This document shows positions 40,901 through 55,600 of a stretch of 64,000 nt of DNA, in pieces. A model generated the notes under the pieces. That model had not been told where the DNA came from. It ran no database searches and saw nothing but the letters and a program-made list of their open reading frames with translations. The DNA is taken from positions 1-64,000 of the forward strand of contig NOWV01000206.1 of the NCBI GenBank assembly GCA_003344405.1. Reading direction: 5' to 3'. The stretch's first letter is position 1; every line of letters starts with the position of its first letter. Position numbers and translations under genes: made by a program. This DNA comes from Trichoplax sp. H2 (lineage: Eukaryota).

Positions 40901-43900
40901 TATTATTTCTACGGAACTCATTTTTTATCAATTTCAGACCTTATAGATAGTCTCTTTATGTTACTATTATAAAATGAAATATTTTATCTCTCTAGCATTC
41001 GATCAATTTCAATGTACTACATACTTAACAATATACTTCCTACCTCAGCCAATCTGGCCACGTCGCAAGTAATTTTATGCTAGTTACTTCAATTAAGCCT
41101 TTATTTAGATTATAAAAGCGGCTAGATAAAGTAATTAAATTTGAGTAATTTTTTATCTGATAATGACTAAACTTTAGAAATTATTCAATTTTATGCGCCC
41201 GTATTCTGCTTTTAGGGTCAGGGAGAAGGAATAGCTATGCCAAATTTCAGCGATACTGACTTTAAATCATACTCGAAATTAGTAAAGCTTGCAAGCGTTT
41301 TGATCCCTCTTACCTTACTAAACGCTAGTCTAGGAGCACGATAAAACTACAACAGCGCTCCATTCTTGATATGCCATTTATATACAGATATTGATCGATT
41401 AGAAAATCTTCATTAAGAAATAAAACAAAAACTAAATTCGCAATCTTAATAAGTGTTTTAAATCATATGTAAATATCTTACTTGAATAAGTATCAATAAA
41501 TTTTCCATTTTCTAATAAACTTATTATACCCTCATTCTAGATGTTGCCTTAAACTCTTAACGAAATGATTAAAGAGGAATAAATCGGCTAGCCTTATAGA
41601 CATAAATTTTAAGCAAATCTGTTAAAAACAGATTTTGCAGCTAACGAAACTAACATAGTGCTTAACGATTCTACAATAAAGCCGACGTTCTTATTCCTGA
41701 ACTTAGTTTTTTTCTGAAAAACTGTAAGAGGGGAAATTATTCGTATGGCCTAATATTAACTATTTATAAACATCTTATTATTGCACCTTCTCCATTTGTA
41801 ATGCTATTAATTTCATCAGTCTATTTTATTTTGCAAAATAAGTCGTTAAAATATCAGAAGCAATCAAAACTTTCAAACTTTTTTATCTACTAATAAGTAA
41901 AGTATTCCTTGTATTGCTTACTAGATAAATGGTTGGGATCACTGTATATCTTGAATATATTCAGCCCACCTTTCACTTGATATTATCTACGAGAGAAATT
42001 ATAACAGCGATTGAAGAAAATAGTTTATTATGTAAGTCAACACGAATAATCAATCTATCCTTAAATACTCTGAATATAAATAGCATACACCTAACTTTGC
42101 ACGGTTAATAATTTTTTAATTTTATATCGGACTTGTTAAGGCCTGTGTTTACATAGTAGATTACGAAAATAGCTTTCGTTGTCATTCTTTGGAACTACCG
42201 CTTAGCTCTTAAATAAATTTCGTATAAGAATCAGCAATTAAAAAGCAATATAATCGATTGAAACCACGACATGATGAAAAATATTTCATCATTTATTAAT
42301 TAATTATTATCGTGATATTTTCGAGTTATCAACATACTTTCGAGGCGTTGGTTAATTAAAAGCTCATTTAATAATTCATTCAAGATAAAATTTATCGGTA
42401 TTATTTTTAACGCATGTCACATCATATAATATTTCACGGGTAAAATTTATTCGTAGGACTTATTGTCACACTATGATCATCTATAATCGACTAATTATCA
42501 ATTTCAACATGACAGGTAGGGTGCCATATAGTTAAGTTATCGTTATAGTGATGATCTAACTCAATCAACGGAAGATGTAACTAATTCTACTACGAATAAA
42601 TAGCCGTTGCCCGCCAAATTATTTGCTATATCGCCAGAACTTTATTCTGACCTACGACTAAGCTCGAGACTAATATTAATATTTTACTTTCGTTCTGAAG
42701 CTTCTAGCGCATTAACAAGTTTGTCAACAAGCATCCTACCACAGTAATTTAAGTACAATAAATCCAATGCAATATTTTTGGCAACATTCGAGCATTCTAA
42801 TACTAGCATTCCAGTCTCTCTTTATAGAAGTCAATTAGCATAAGAATGCTGTCATGCAGACAATCGTCTTCAGTTGGAATAATAAATAATTAAACGATTA
42901 ACATCCAGCTATTTAGCATTTATGATGATTATAATTTAAAATTTAAACGATGAATGACAACAATGACTATTGCGAAACAATACAAATTAACAATTGTCCC
43001 ATCAAATCGATACAACAATCTTCTTATTTCATCTTCTATTCCATTTCTACACAACTATCGTATTGATAAAATATCAATCTTAATTTAGTGATATTAGCAT
43101 CGTTTTTTATACGAAGTAGACAAGACAAAATGATGACTTAACCAATTTGCTCTATCTAAGGCTAATTTTTACAGTTAACAGATCAAAATAACTCTAGACA
43201 TCGTAAGGAATCAGGTAAAGAAATAGTAACACAGCGAGTGAACAGCATTAATCATGTTTACAGTATGTCATCTTAATTTAAGTAACTGTATTACTTTTGA
43301 TAAATTAAAAATCATCTCTTTTATTAGTTTACTAGAGATATAAGTAGAAAAGGTCATCATTTAACCTGTATAACCTAATCAAAAATAGTAATGTAAGCAA
43401 TCATCTAACGCTGTTACTTCGTCATGTCTATTTCCTTGTTGTGAACGGATGGTTGTAATGATCATTGTAAACTTGATATATACAATTACGATCTTTTAGT
43501 CATCATCGATTGATTTTAAAGGATAGCTTTAAAAATTGATTGTAGCACAGTTTTCTATCAGAAATTATTGTTTCGCCATAAAAGAAACAGCATACAACCT
43601 GATAATTTCTCAGCAAAAACTTGTTCATTTATACGACTAATCGATTTTTTATTCAAAAAGCGTAATCAGATAAAACAGTTGCTATTTTATGAGCGAAACG
43701 ATTTAATGGTATTTTAGATATCGTAAATATTTTTGTTAAAAATAAAATCAGTAATCTCATCCTATGCATTATATTCGATATACAGTACTGCTAATATTAT
43801 ATATATATACAGAAGTAAACATTATATTATCTTTGTTTTACCCACACATTAAGATGTAACATGCAGTAGTATCCTATTTGCATCCAATGCCTTCCTTGAA

Positions 43901-46900
43901 TTTTACGCTAGTAAACAACATCAATTTGACATTAAATAGTTTCTATTTGTCATAGCTAAGCTACTCCTCCAAGTATCGTTTTTAATACCCTCTCTGACGG
44001 CGGTTTACTCGTTTAGTGGATCAAGACATAAAAGCAGAAGCTCCATATAGCTGTTTCTAATACCATTTTATCCAATTTTCAGCTATGCTAGCCCTATCTT
44101 TCACTAGTCATTAGTGCAAGAAGAATCAGTTTACTTTGTCTTATACGCTTCACGAAAGTATCGTCAACAGATCATTATGTAAGCATTAAAATCTCCTAGT
44201 TACAAAATTAATTGCTCGCTCATGATCAGTTACTTTATCATGCATAGTTATCATCAACATGAAAGTTCTCACTTAATATAATTTCTTGAAAACGCATAAC
44301 TATCTAATGAGAATTTTGTATTAGTAAATTTATCGCTAGCTACTTAGATGAAAGATAAAAGCAATTTAACTGCAATTATACAATTATCACTTGACTATTT
44401 TAATAAAGATAAATATAATAACATAATAATTTAACAATAGGCCCTCCAGTGCATTGTATGCTAGCAAGATAAAATAACGCTCTAGATAAATAACTCTTTG
44501 ACGTAGATAATATATTGAAGTATAGATTAGATCGATATACTGTATTGTCGTAGAAAATCGAGATTTGAAATTGTACTGGAAGGATAATCTTTTCTTTATA
44601 TCAAAATAATTCGATAATTTCTTTCACGTAAGTGACACTATTTCCTGCATCCTCATCGCTTAATTTTACTAGATCAGCATTGATAGATTTATTCTAATCA
44701 TATAAAAAATGGCTAATTGAAAATTAAAATATAGGCTATCAAAAATAGATTAGCTTAAAATTTATAATAACCTTTGGTGTATATCGTTATCTCATCAATA
44801 ATCAATGTTTAATTATAAGCAAACAGTTCTACAGTCAAGCATTATTTCTACTGGTAGCAATTATTTCAACATTATCATACGTTGCTCCTCCTTTACAAAA
44901 ATTGTCGGACTGTTAAGATCAAATTAAGTAATTGACTATTTAGGTTATCTTTCAACTCGGCTATTGAAGTAAGCCTCAATTTAATATCGATAACATTAGT
45001 TTATGATACAAAAAGTTCGCCTAGAGTTATACAGTAGGACAAAGCAAGAATTACGTACATCCTCAATTTGCGTATTAACTTTAAATTTGATCCAATCCAT
45101 AGCTGCCAATATTTGTTTACGAATTATTCCTTCACTATTCTCGATCGTGTCTAGGATAAAATTTAGGCTGCGTGAACTTGTTTAACTTATTTAGTGTGAG
45201 TTATTGCCTTAAATTTTAAATAATGAAATTAAATAATTTTTATCACCTTTCTAATGATTCTTACCTACTTTTTAGGTAGACTTGATTGGCCGTTAATCGA
45301 ATGTAATCATTACTTATTGGACTGATAATTAATATAAAAATTAAAAGTTTGAACATAAGATCGAACACTAGGCTTTCTTTACCCAATCGTTCAAATCTTC
45401 AACTTGTAAGTAAAGTTCCATAGATTATAATCGATGATTGCCGAAGTACCTGCTTTATCATCCTGTTTTTATTTCAAACTTTTTTCTTTTTTAAAATACG
45501 CAATCAAGAGTGTATTTTAGTTACATGCCATTTTAAATGTTTTACAAAACTAAATCCTTTCCTGGCTAGTACTTAAGGCTTAATATATGGATTAAAAATA
45601 TTTATCAGAAAGGCTTCTAGAATATTCCTATAGATTCGATTATATCAAAATAAAGTGATCATTCAGTAACGTCGCCGACAGTAATCTTTGAAAATTTTTT
45701 TATAATCATATAACAGCCCATACCTATAGTGACCATATTTTTCAGACAAATCATAAATAAATTCCTTACCAATACATACTTTAATAGTACAACTTTGGCA
45801 TCCAAATACGCTATATATCAATACTAACTCTGTCAAAGTTTAACTAGTATAAAATCTTAATTACGAATATTTCTTGGTAAAGATCTAATTTTAATCATTT
45901 ATCATCGAGATTGAAATATAAATTTTTAAATCAACGTCTACTGTGATATTATTCAATTCAAGGCAACTAATTAATCTAGCATAGAAAGCGTCGAATTTAG
46001 TAAACTACTCTAATGGTCCATTATAGCTAGAAGCTAGAACTATCTATTTCTAATCTATATAACTGAAACTAGTTCGACGTTATTGATCATGCTCCATTAT
46101 TAAAAACTAAAGCAAACCTTAACTAGCTACATAAAGATAGCAAATAAATAAATTTGCAAGAGAGATTTCTTTTAAGACAAGAGTACTGAAGCCTGCAGCT
46201 GTATATCTAATTATAGCCTTCTGTACGTTATATAATATTATCGTGAAATAGATAGGAAGTAATAGTTAATCATTATATCCTTTGTAACAGCGCTATTTAC
46301 TAACTTGCTTATCTCCTCGTTAAGATATTTAGAGTCAAGCTTTATTTTTTAACTGGAATGATTTATCTTTCCTTAGAGAATTGCTGATTATGGAGATTAG
46401 TATTATACGAAATTTACCCCTAACAAACGAAATAATAATGATTACAAATAGATAAAGCTAACTTTTAGCTTTTTAGTTTACGAGATCGATCATTTTATAG
46501 CTTCCTTTTGATCCAATACTTCTCATTAACAATAGAATATGCCCTTATATCTTGAGAAGTAAATTAGTGGAGTAGAAAATTGATAATGACCCTTAAAATG
46601 AGTAGAATTGATGTCCTCTAATATTTAATTAAATTACGGTCAATGGATTTGTGAGGCGAAAATGAGATTGATGAACTGTTGTTTACGTTTAAGTTGATAT
46701 TTCATGATTTCTTATTATGACCAGTTATGCCCCTTTGCTGATATCTTATGAATGCATTCCAAATTTACATAAAGTAATTACAATAATTGCAGAGTGTTGT
46801 TTTATGCCATTTACTAACTTAATTATAGCTTGTAAAAGAAGCTCTATATTAAACTTTTTCATCAAGTTTTAGCCATACCTTTCCTAGTGATTATAGCAAG

Positions 46901-49900
46901 GAGAATTTCATTCATAAGCATGATACTGTATTTACTCTATTATATATCTATCTTGTTCTTCAACAAATTAATATATATCTTTATGAGCACCCAGACTAGC
47001 TATAATGCCAGAATAATAACTAGTTCCAGTCTGCATAATCGATAGCAAGATTTATTGAAAATCAGGTAAACCTTAATTCTATTTGACACCTTAGCCAAAT
47101 TCAATTCTATAAATCAAATGTAACTCGCATGTAATGTACATTGCAAAGCTTAGCCGGGCAAGTGAATTCACAAGATCACTTGTATCTACATGGATTAATG
47201 ATTTTATATAAGAACGTCTTTGCCTATTATTTTTTCGGCTAGATAACTAAAACATGAATTTGCTAATGGTATGCAGCATTAATCATGCAATTTTTTCAGC
47301 ATAGCAATTAGGTTTAACATGACCATAGATACTGCATTTCCATAATTACGTTAATATGCGCATTATTCATACTTGCAGTAGTGTATTCAGGAGCTATGGG
47401 GCTAACATAGTAGCCCAGTGGGAGAGTTACTCTCTGTGCCAGTGGATAATGAGGAGACTGTCTATATTTTAAGTCGCACTATGAACGGAAAACTATCAGC
47501 ATACAATATATCTGGTTTTAGACGCATTCTACATTCTTTGAGTTGTCATGATCAGTTTATATCAGTCAACCTGATAAAGAGCATGGTTGTTTATCATTAA
47601 TTTTAACGAGATCATACTGTAGCATATTTAATGTTACTGAACTAATTTTAAAAATGGACTACCAAAGATTCTGACTACTTATTTTACGCCAGAACCACTT
47701 ATAAGTATAAAAGCACATACAATATCGTCAATAATGGTTAATAGCAGTAACAACATTTTCATTCTGTTGACGTGCGATCAAGTAAATTTCTGATTTAGTT
47801 TCATCACTAAAATCTTATGCTTGAACAAATATTCAGTAAAATCATCATTAATTCCACTAGCATCCATTAATACGAGTATTGTGATCTCAAATAATATCTG
47901 CTACGAAATTAAATTACTGTAAGTATGAATTTATTACATTGATTGTTATAGTTTGTCATTAGGACCACAAGCCAACTCGTATACAGTAATGTTCATAGAC
48001 AGAAATATCAATGATTCTTCTCCTTACGTTAGAAATAATTATCATTTTTGCGATATGTTATGTTTAGGTTAAGTAGTTGATGTATGACCAGCGAGATAAA
48101 ACCACGGCCTATTTTGGTGGTAATAGAGCCATTATTATGATTCTATACACGTATGTCAATTCATTAGTAGTACAAATTAACAGTAGTTTTTTTATTTGGA
48201 CTTATAGTGATGTACCATCATTGTCTGCTGATGTGACTGCTGTTATATAATTTGCATGAGAATATTTAAAAACTGTTTAAATTTAATGTACACAACAAAA
48301 AGCAAGGTTGGTATTCTATCATCTACGTATAAGAAATTAGATAGTAAACAATACATTGTCTCTACCGCAAGACTCTAGCATAAGAAAGCTTATGGCAGTC
48401 ATAGAATACTAATCTCGATAACTAGTTTAATATTGAAGAATACCAAAATACCTCCCAGGGTAATTTTAGCATGTACTTACACATTTCTTAGGACACTACT
48501 CTAACTATTTCAATTTGTCTTTCGGTTTTTCTAATTGTTACGGTTATTGAACTGTTCATAGAACTTACGGAGAGGATGTAGATTTTACTAGACGGTGTAA
48601 CTTAAATTTAATTAAGCTTTCGGTTATAAAACTATTCTTTTCAGGGTCTAGCAGTACTTATTTTCATCTATTATACCTAAAGCGATCTCGATGCTTCATC
48701 ATTCTGACAAGTTGATCGCTACTCTATCTTCTTCTCAACAACTTACATGGTAGTTTTAAAAGTAAAGCTGAAATGGTAATTTATTAAACTCTAGTAGCAT
48801 TTATTTGGCTTAAATCATAAAATAAATAGTCTTTACAATACTGAATTATGTTCCCAACAAGCTAACACGGTGGCTTTGAAAATGGGGACTAAAAATCGCT
48901 ATTTCGCTTTTCTTTCCACCTTTACTTAAATTAAAAGTATTAGGGTATTTAAACATGGAAGAGTCATAGCATACTATTGCTGCATGTGGATGATTTCATT
49001 TGTGTTATCCTTTAGTTTCCTTAAGCTTCGTACCCAAGCATACAATAATTTTTTGCCGCTATTTTTTTAAAATTCAATAGAACCTAGTCTCTTCCTCTGA
49101 AACGAAGATCACAATATTTACAGTCAAGCTTTCAAAGCGTAGTCAGCTAAACTTCCTATCTAATAAGTTTAAATTAAACTAATAAAATCGATAGAAGCAG
49201 ATTAATGAGCTCACTTCTGTCATAAAATTTGTTAGGACTATGCAAATAAGATTAAGGCAGATCCGAAATATTTAGATTGTCCACTTTGATATTAACTAAC
49301 ATTTTCAGATATGATTAGCCATCCGTTTTATTCTTCTCCGATCAGCCTCAACAACTGTATAAAATGCCGTCGCCTATTTGCATAAATGCATAGCTTAGGT
49401 AGTCACCAATTTGAGCATAACAGCAATATTAGGAATAGCATGAATATTGACCACTTTACGCCCAAACTATACTAAAATAATGAAGTAGTCAAATTATTGT
49501 TGGTTGTATTTCTAAAATACATACTTATGGTCTTCAATTTACCGATAATAATTTTATTTACTGCAGTACATTATCATGCATACGAGCTTTCAGGCAAGCA
49601 AAAGTTTTATAACCTTAAAAGAAGAGTCAAAGCTGAACATTCCATTCATTAAAGTTAAGCACATCGCTACTTTTCATCTTACAACGTTAAACTTTTCCAA
49701 CTATCTGATTATATTCGTTGCTATGACAATTTGAGATTGAGCTGATAGATATTCATTTGATTGGCTTAACTAGTAGTGGAAAGAGCTAGGTTTTCATTAG
49801 ATTGACATAGAATAGCAAGAAAATTAATTCATTGCAGGATAATTTAGGTTCAGTTCAAGAATTGTTACTAATTATGCGAAAATAATCCGTCACCACGGGC

Positions 49901-50674
49901 CGATAAGAATATTAAGATAGAGAGTATTGCCGATAAGAAGAGTTTCTGATTCTAACAAATAAAACCTACCTATGATTCTGATTCTTAATTATGATTAGTA
50001 CTCTATTTAAACACTTTTTAATTAAATGTATTGAATTCATTATAGGGCCAATAAATTGATCACTTGCACGTTAAAAGAGAATTACTGTACTCTATCCGAG
50101 TTACTAAGAATCTTGAGTTACTAGGCCAACGAAAAGTTCGTGATTAGTGAATATTGGAGTCATTCCAGTACGGATTTATTTAAATTAAACAGTTCTATAA
50201 TAGAAGTGAATTCTCTTTGTCATATCTTGGCTGCTCTAAATATTTTATTTTCCGATTATTATTGAAAGTAAATAATTCTATCGTCTTAATTTTTTATTGT
50301 TAAATATCAATAAGTCGCATGTGTCCCTGGTTAGATTTTCCTTTTATTCTATCTTTGTTCAGTTTAAGTTAATTTGTAAAGTTTAGATCAAAGAATATTT
50401 TCGTGGACATTTTACTTATAGATAGATTAGTATAAACTCTACCCGGTAGATTTGGTGTCAAGTTTAATGAAGGGTTACTTAAGTAATTTTTAAAAGCACA
50501 ACCAGTAGTATTATATTATGACGATGAGCAGAAACTAAGATATCAAGCTGTATAAACTTAAGCTATCATAATACTTTCCATGTAGATCTTCTCTTTAGGT
50601 CCCAAAATATCCACTTAGGCTCTAAAATTTTACTTGCGAATGAATAAAACAAATGGTGACATGCGGTTTCCTTA

Positions 50675-51415
50675 CGTATGGAATCTAACAAAAAAATTTT
50701 ATAACCATAGGGAATAGTCCAGGGCATTATAAAATTTTTGTGTCCAACTTAAATATATCGCTAGCAAGATAGGATCAGGGGGATATAAATACAGGAAATA
50801 TTGTTTATATTATAGGGTCCTTATGTGAAAATAATTTGCAGTTGACAGTACTGGTGGAAAATATCATCTTTCGTATGGAATCTACAAATGATTTTGTAGC
50901 TATAGGGAATAGTCCAAGATATTGTAAAAATTATGTGTCCAGTTTTAATTTATGGATCGCAAGACAGGACGCTGACAGATCTGAATATAAGAAAAATTGA
51001 TTACATTATATGGTCCTTATGTAATAATACCATAAAGAATAGTCCAAGTTATTGCGTTGTTATATGCCCCCTGAGTGCATTAGGATATTAGTTACTAGAG
51101 GAGTGAAACGTTCACAAAGAAGAAAATTTATGGCATACGTATAAAAGTTTCGTGTTCAATTCTAATTTATTGATAGCAACATAGGACGCTGACAGATATA
51201 AATACAGGAAGTATTGTTTATATTATATGATTCTGATATGACAATGCTATTGCACTTATTCCAGGATATTATCAACGGTTTTACATCCAGTTTTAATTTA
51301 TCCATAGCAATATAGCACACAGAAAGATATCAATGTCGGAAATATTGATTACATTATAGGATCCTTACGCAATAATGATTTGTAATATACAATAATCGTT
51401 GCAAATATCATCGCT
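50675..51415. repeat. Degenerate repeat cluster, about four diverged copies of a 130-200 bp unit
   Basis: Shared words recur near 50675, 50872, 51140 and 51260: cgtatggaatcta, agggaatagtcca, gtccagttttaatttat, aggacgctgacagat, aatattgattacattata, ggtccttatgt. Confidence 0.7.
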
Positions 51416-52698
51416 ACTAAATTTGATAGTGATTCACGTCTATAAACGTCCATATGAGGTATTTCTATTTTGATCTATCCGGTTCAGTAGTTAATGTACT
51501 TCAATTGATTTCTTGATCATCTAATATTATCACGGCCTCATACTTTACCCTCGCTGAGGTGTCCAATTGAATTAGAATGATATCAACTATGGCAGGGGTA
51601 TATCATTCCTAGAATGCGGGTTATAAATCGATATCGAAATGATTTATAATTAATAATTACTATTATTATTACTGACTTTATTTCTGGGAATTGATGGTAG
51701 AATACATCAAGCCGATTGACGTTAGTAGTATCTCTTATAATTCTATCCCTAACCAATTATTAATACTTTGGTTTCCACGTCGATATGATTGTATTATAGG
51801 GCAAAAATGTCGGTCATCCTCGATCAATATTCGTAAGCCCTGTATCCGCTAATTATTTGTTATATTGACATCCATCCGTCCAATCGACCATAATGATATT
51901 GACGATATTAGTCACAAATCGATTGTAATTATAGGAGAAGCCCTGTAAAAATTAATTTCATACGCTATAAAGCAACTTGATATCAATTTCTATCATCCAA
52001 TAGTGAGCTATTAACAGTAGCGCTTGTTCGTTATACTCTTTACAAGGAATTAATAGCATCAAATTCGATTTATGTCAAATTGACGGCATTAAAGAGTACA
52101 CTAAACAAAAAATCAAGTTTTATTTTAAACCTTGATTATGACCAAGAATTATTAGTGGTTATGGCTTTGTTTTAAAGTCGAGAACAAAGCGCCAGCCATC
52201 ACCAGAGCATTGATATCAATAAAAATCATCAATGTAGTTATGATGAATTGGATGATTTGTTGGCTAATATTTTATGCATATTATGTATTGAATTGATAGC
52301 AATATTCTTTATTTAACGAGAGTTTAAAAATTTGTTTATTTACTTCAAACAATAGTTAAGGGATGAATTTATAACGTCAATTGGACTGTTGATGCTTACA
52401 TTTTCTTCTTTTTTTCATTTTATGATTGCCGTTTTTCAAGTTCTATGTCTTAGCGAGCAGATTAAATTCAATGTTCCGCTTTCAACGCTTTACCTAATAC
52501 TACTACTTCCAATTGGATAGTCATTATCACTATCGATCTTTATGTCGATCCTAGTCTACTAAAAGAGAAAAAAGAAAGTGATCCTGTTTCATTATTTAAC
52601 TGAATCTACTAAATCAAGTCAAGAAATCTTTGGAGTCGTTCAATTTATATCGACGACGATAATATTGTTACTAAAAAAAGAAATTAGTTTTCATCACT

Positions 52699-55600
52699 AT
52701 GGCCAAGTACTTTGCTTGTTTTGCTATCATCATTTTGACGGTAAGTCAAGTTAATGTCTTTTCAATTGGATAATATTTCCTTCTAGCTTGATGAGTAAAA
52801 AATAGAAATAAATCGATAGCATTAAGTAATGAATAAAGATTGCAGGAAGATGACTGTTATCACTTACGCTGATTAATTAAGATCATGCTTCAAGAAATAG
52901 TCATACAATTTTCAAAATTGGATCGGATGATCGATCTTGTTTTAGTTAAACTTTAATCCAAATTTTTATCTTGATTGAAAGAATTGAGATTATTATTTTG
53001 ACTTGTTTTAAGTCCAAATCGTCTTTAAAATCAAGAAATTGTTCAAGGTTGGACATTTTTTGTACGGGATTGAACTGATTTAAATTTATGCCAATTCCGA
53101 TATTCTGATTGATTGATTACGCGAATCTCAACGTCGATCATGATTTATTATCTATCGCATAGATGAGTAATATCTAGCGAATTCATTTTATTCCTTTTAA
53201 TACTCCTTCTTTATTCAAATCAAAATCCCAAGACAATTTGTTTGGGTTAGTTGTTAAAGACTTTTTTGCGTGATTGATTTTAATTTATCAGCGTTATTTT
53301 AACAATCATCTTTCTATCGAGTAAGCCACAGCTAAAGTAAATATCGTTATAGTAGGCCATAGAAGATAGCTGTCGATTACTTTATCGATCAAAGATGAAT
53401 TTACTATTCAAGCTTTTATTTCCAACAAACTATAAATTTTTATACGACAACCGTAACTCTTTTTTCATGCAGTGTGTCAATCTCGCTATAGATCTATTGG
53501 AAAAATGATTTCAAAGTCGTGATGAGCGTTGGACCGATATTTTCAACCAGATTGATGAATTAGAATATTCTTCTTTATTCCTGTCTTGTGAACAAAATTT
53601 CTGTTTAATTTATCAGTTTTAAATTAAGCTTGTTAAATCAGAAAGCTATCAGTAAGATAGAAAGGAACCATTGTTGTTACTCTTTTCCATTCAACTTAAC
53701 ACTAGTCGTAGATCACTTGCAAAATCTGATCCATCATATTCATTGCTACAAATGCAGAACAAAATGTTAAAAAAATCTTGCTCCCTTTCCTAAATGATCT
53801 ATCATTTAATGACGAAATGATTTGTGAAATAGGAATGATCCTAATTTCCAGCATCACAACCCCTTTTGTTTATAATTATTTACTAGAACTAAACGATAGT
53901 CTATACTTAGGATTAAAAAATAATATATTACTGAGATACAAGCATTACCCTATTTATCATCATCAAAGCCGTAAAATTAGAATTTGCTGAGATGTTGATA
54001 TTTTCTAAACTGTAGCACTTTTTAATTATGGACCAATGTATGCATCTATAGAGCGATTGTTCTTCAATGATTCGCAATTAAGTTAACTTTAAGTCATCGG
54101 ATGGCCTTCCATTTATTTTATTCGCTACTTCTGTAAGGCTAAGGTTCGTGAATGAACGGAATCCTTTGAGTCAATTCGATGCGTAAACTCTTTATGGCAA
54201 CGGTTCTAGTAACCCGATCCATAACGGCACTACTTTATTTTAACATGTCAATCCTTAATTTGATGTAGTTGTAGCAATATTCCATTGCAGCACATACCAC
54301 TCATTAAAGTTGAAAGATCATACAAATAGCATAGTACTAATTAAGTTCCCTTCCTTCAATCCTTTCCCTTTGGATAATTGAAATACCTTGGCTCGTACTC
54401 GTCGAAAATATATGCAAAACATATTAATGATAAAGTTTAGATTATTTCATATTGTGTTATCGATAATATCATCAACGATTTTTATTGTTACCAATATAGT
54501 TTTTATCCAGTACAACAATATACGCATCAATTTTGTGGCATTTTTATAGTCTTGGTTTGATTAGTAATTCCGTTTGAGCAAATAATTTGACAAGAGTGTA
54601 CAACTTAATATTTCTAAATTACGGTTTGTTTTAAATCGAGTTTGGGATTTCTTCGATAGTGTAAAAGTAGCGATTAACTTCAGTTAAGAATATGATCCGT
54701 TTAAACATACCACTGCCAGATATCTATTACATCCTAATTTCTGAATCTGCAATTTATCCAATATTAGGAACAATCCGTCTAAAATCTCAATAGCATATTC
54801 TAGATCGATTCTTAATCGTCTTCCTATGACTCTGCATTAGTATAATTATAATTTGGAAGTTGTTTAAGTTATCCCATATTTGCGTGTAGATGAATTTTAG
54901 ATGGTTGCTAATACAGACTGTATCGGCTGTAGATATGCTCGTAATCGAAATGATTTTCAATTTGAAGATGGAACGATACTAAATTCGAAGTACAGCTATT
55001 CCTTTTTCGTTATTATTTGTAATTTAACTAAAATTGAAAAAAAGCCGCTACGAGCCTTTGAAATTGTCCTTGCTTCTATGCAATCAATCTCAATATCAAG
55101 TCGCCAAATTATTGATCTTACAGTGGCATATCGTTACTTTCCCTTGATCTTATCCTACACCTGAAATCGAGGTGAAAGTTGATTCTTGTATTGCACCCAT
55201 CATTTATAATCAATCAATTTCGAGATAAAGTTGGCAAATTATAATTAATTATAGACCTTATTTACGGACTATATTAGAAGAAGCCTTTTTTCTTGTAGTC
55301 TGTGCCTTATCTTACTCTTCAAATTGAGGCGAAAGATGATTCTTTACGCTTGAAAGTTATATCAAAACTAGGATAGAACATTGAAATTATGCTTTTATCG
55401 ATTCTGTTGAACAAACATTCGGTCCTCTATTTGAGCGAGTATAGGATAGTATTTTATTACCGCTACTTCTTCCCAATCTAAATCCAATTCGGATTGTCAG
55501 TTGGATATTGCTACCGTAAAAAATGAGATCATGGGCCAAATATGATCAAATTGGATATTGTCTTGAAGAAACTACTTGTGATCATTATAATCGACTGCTG

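Noticed and set aside
47418..47600. 60-aa ORF in a slightly GC-richer patch
   Set aside because: GTG start, no recognisable homology and no convincing splice partners.
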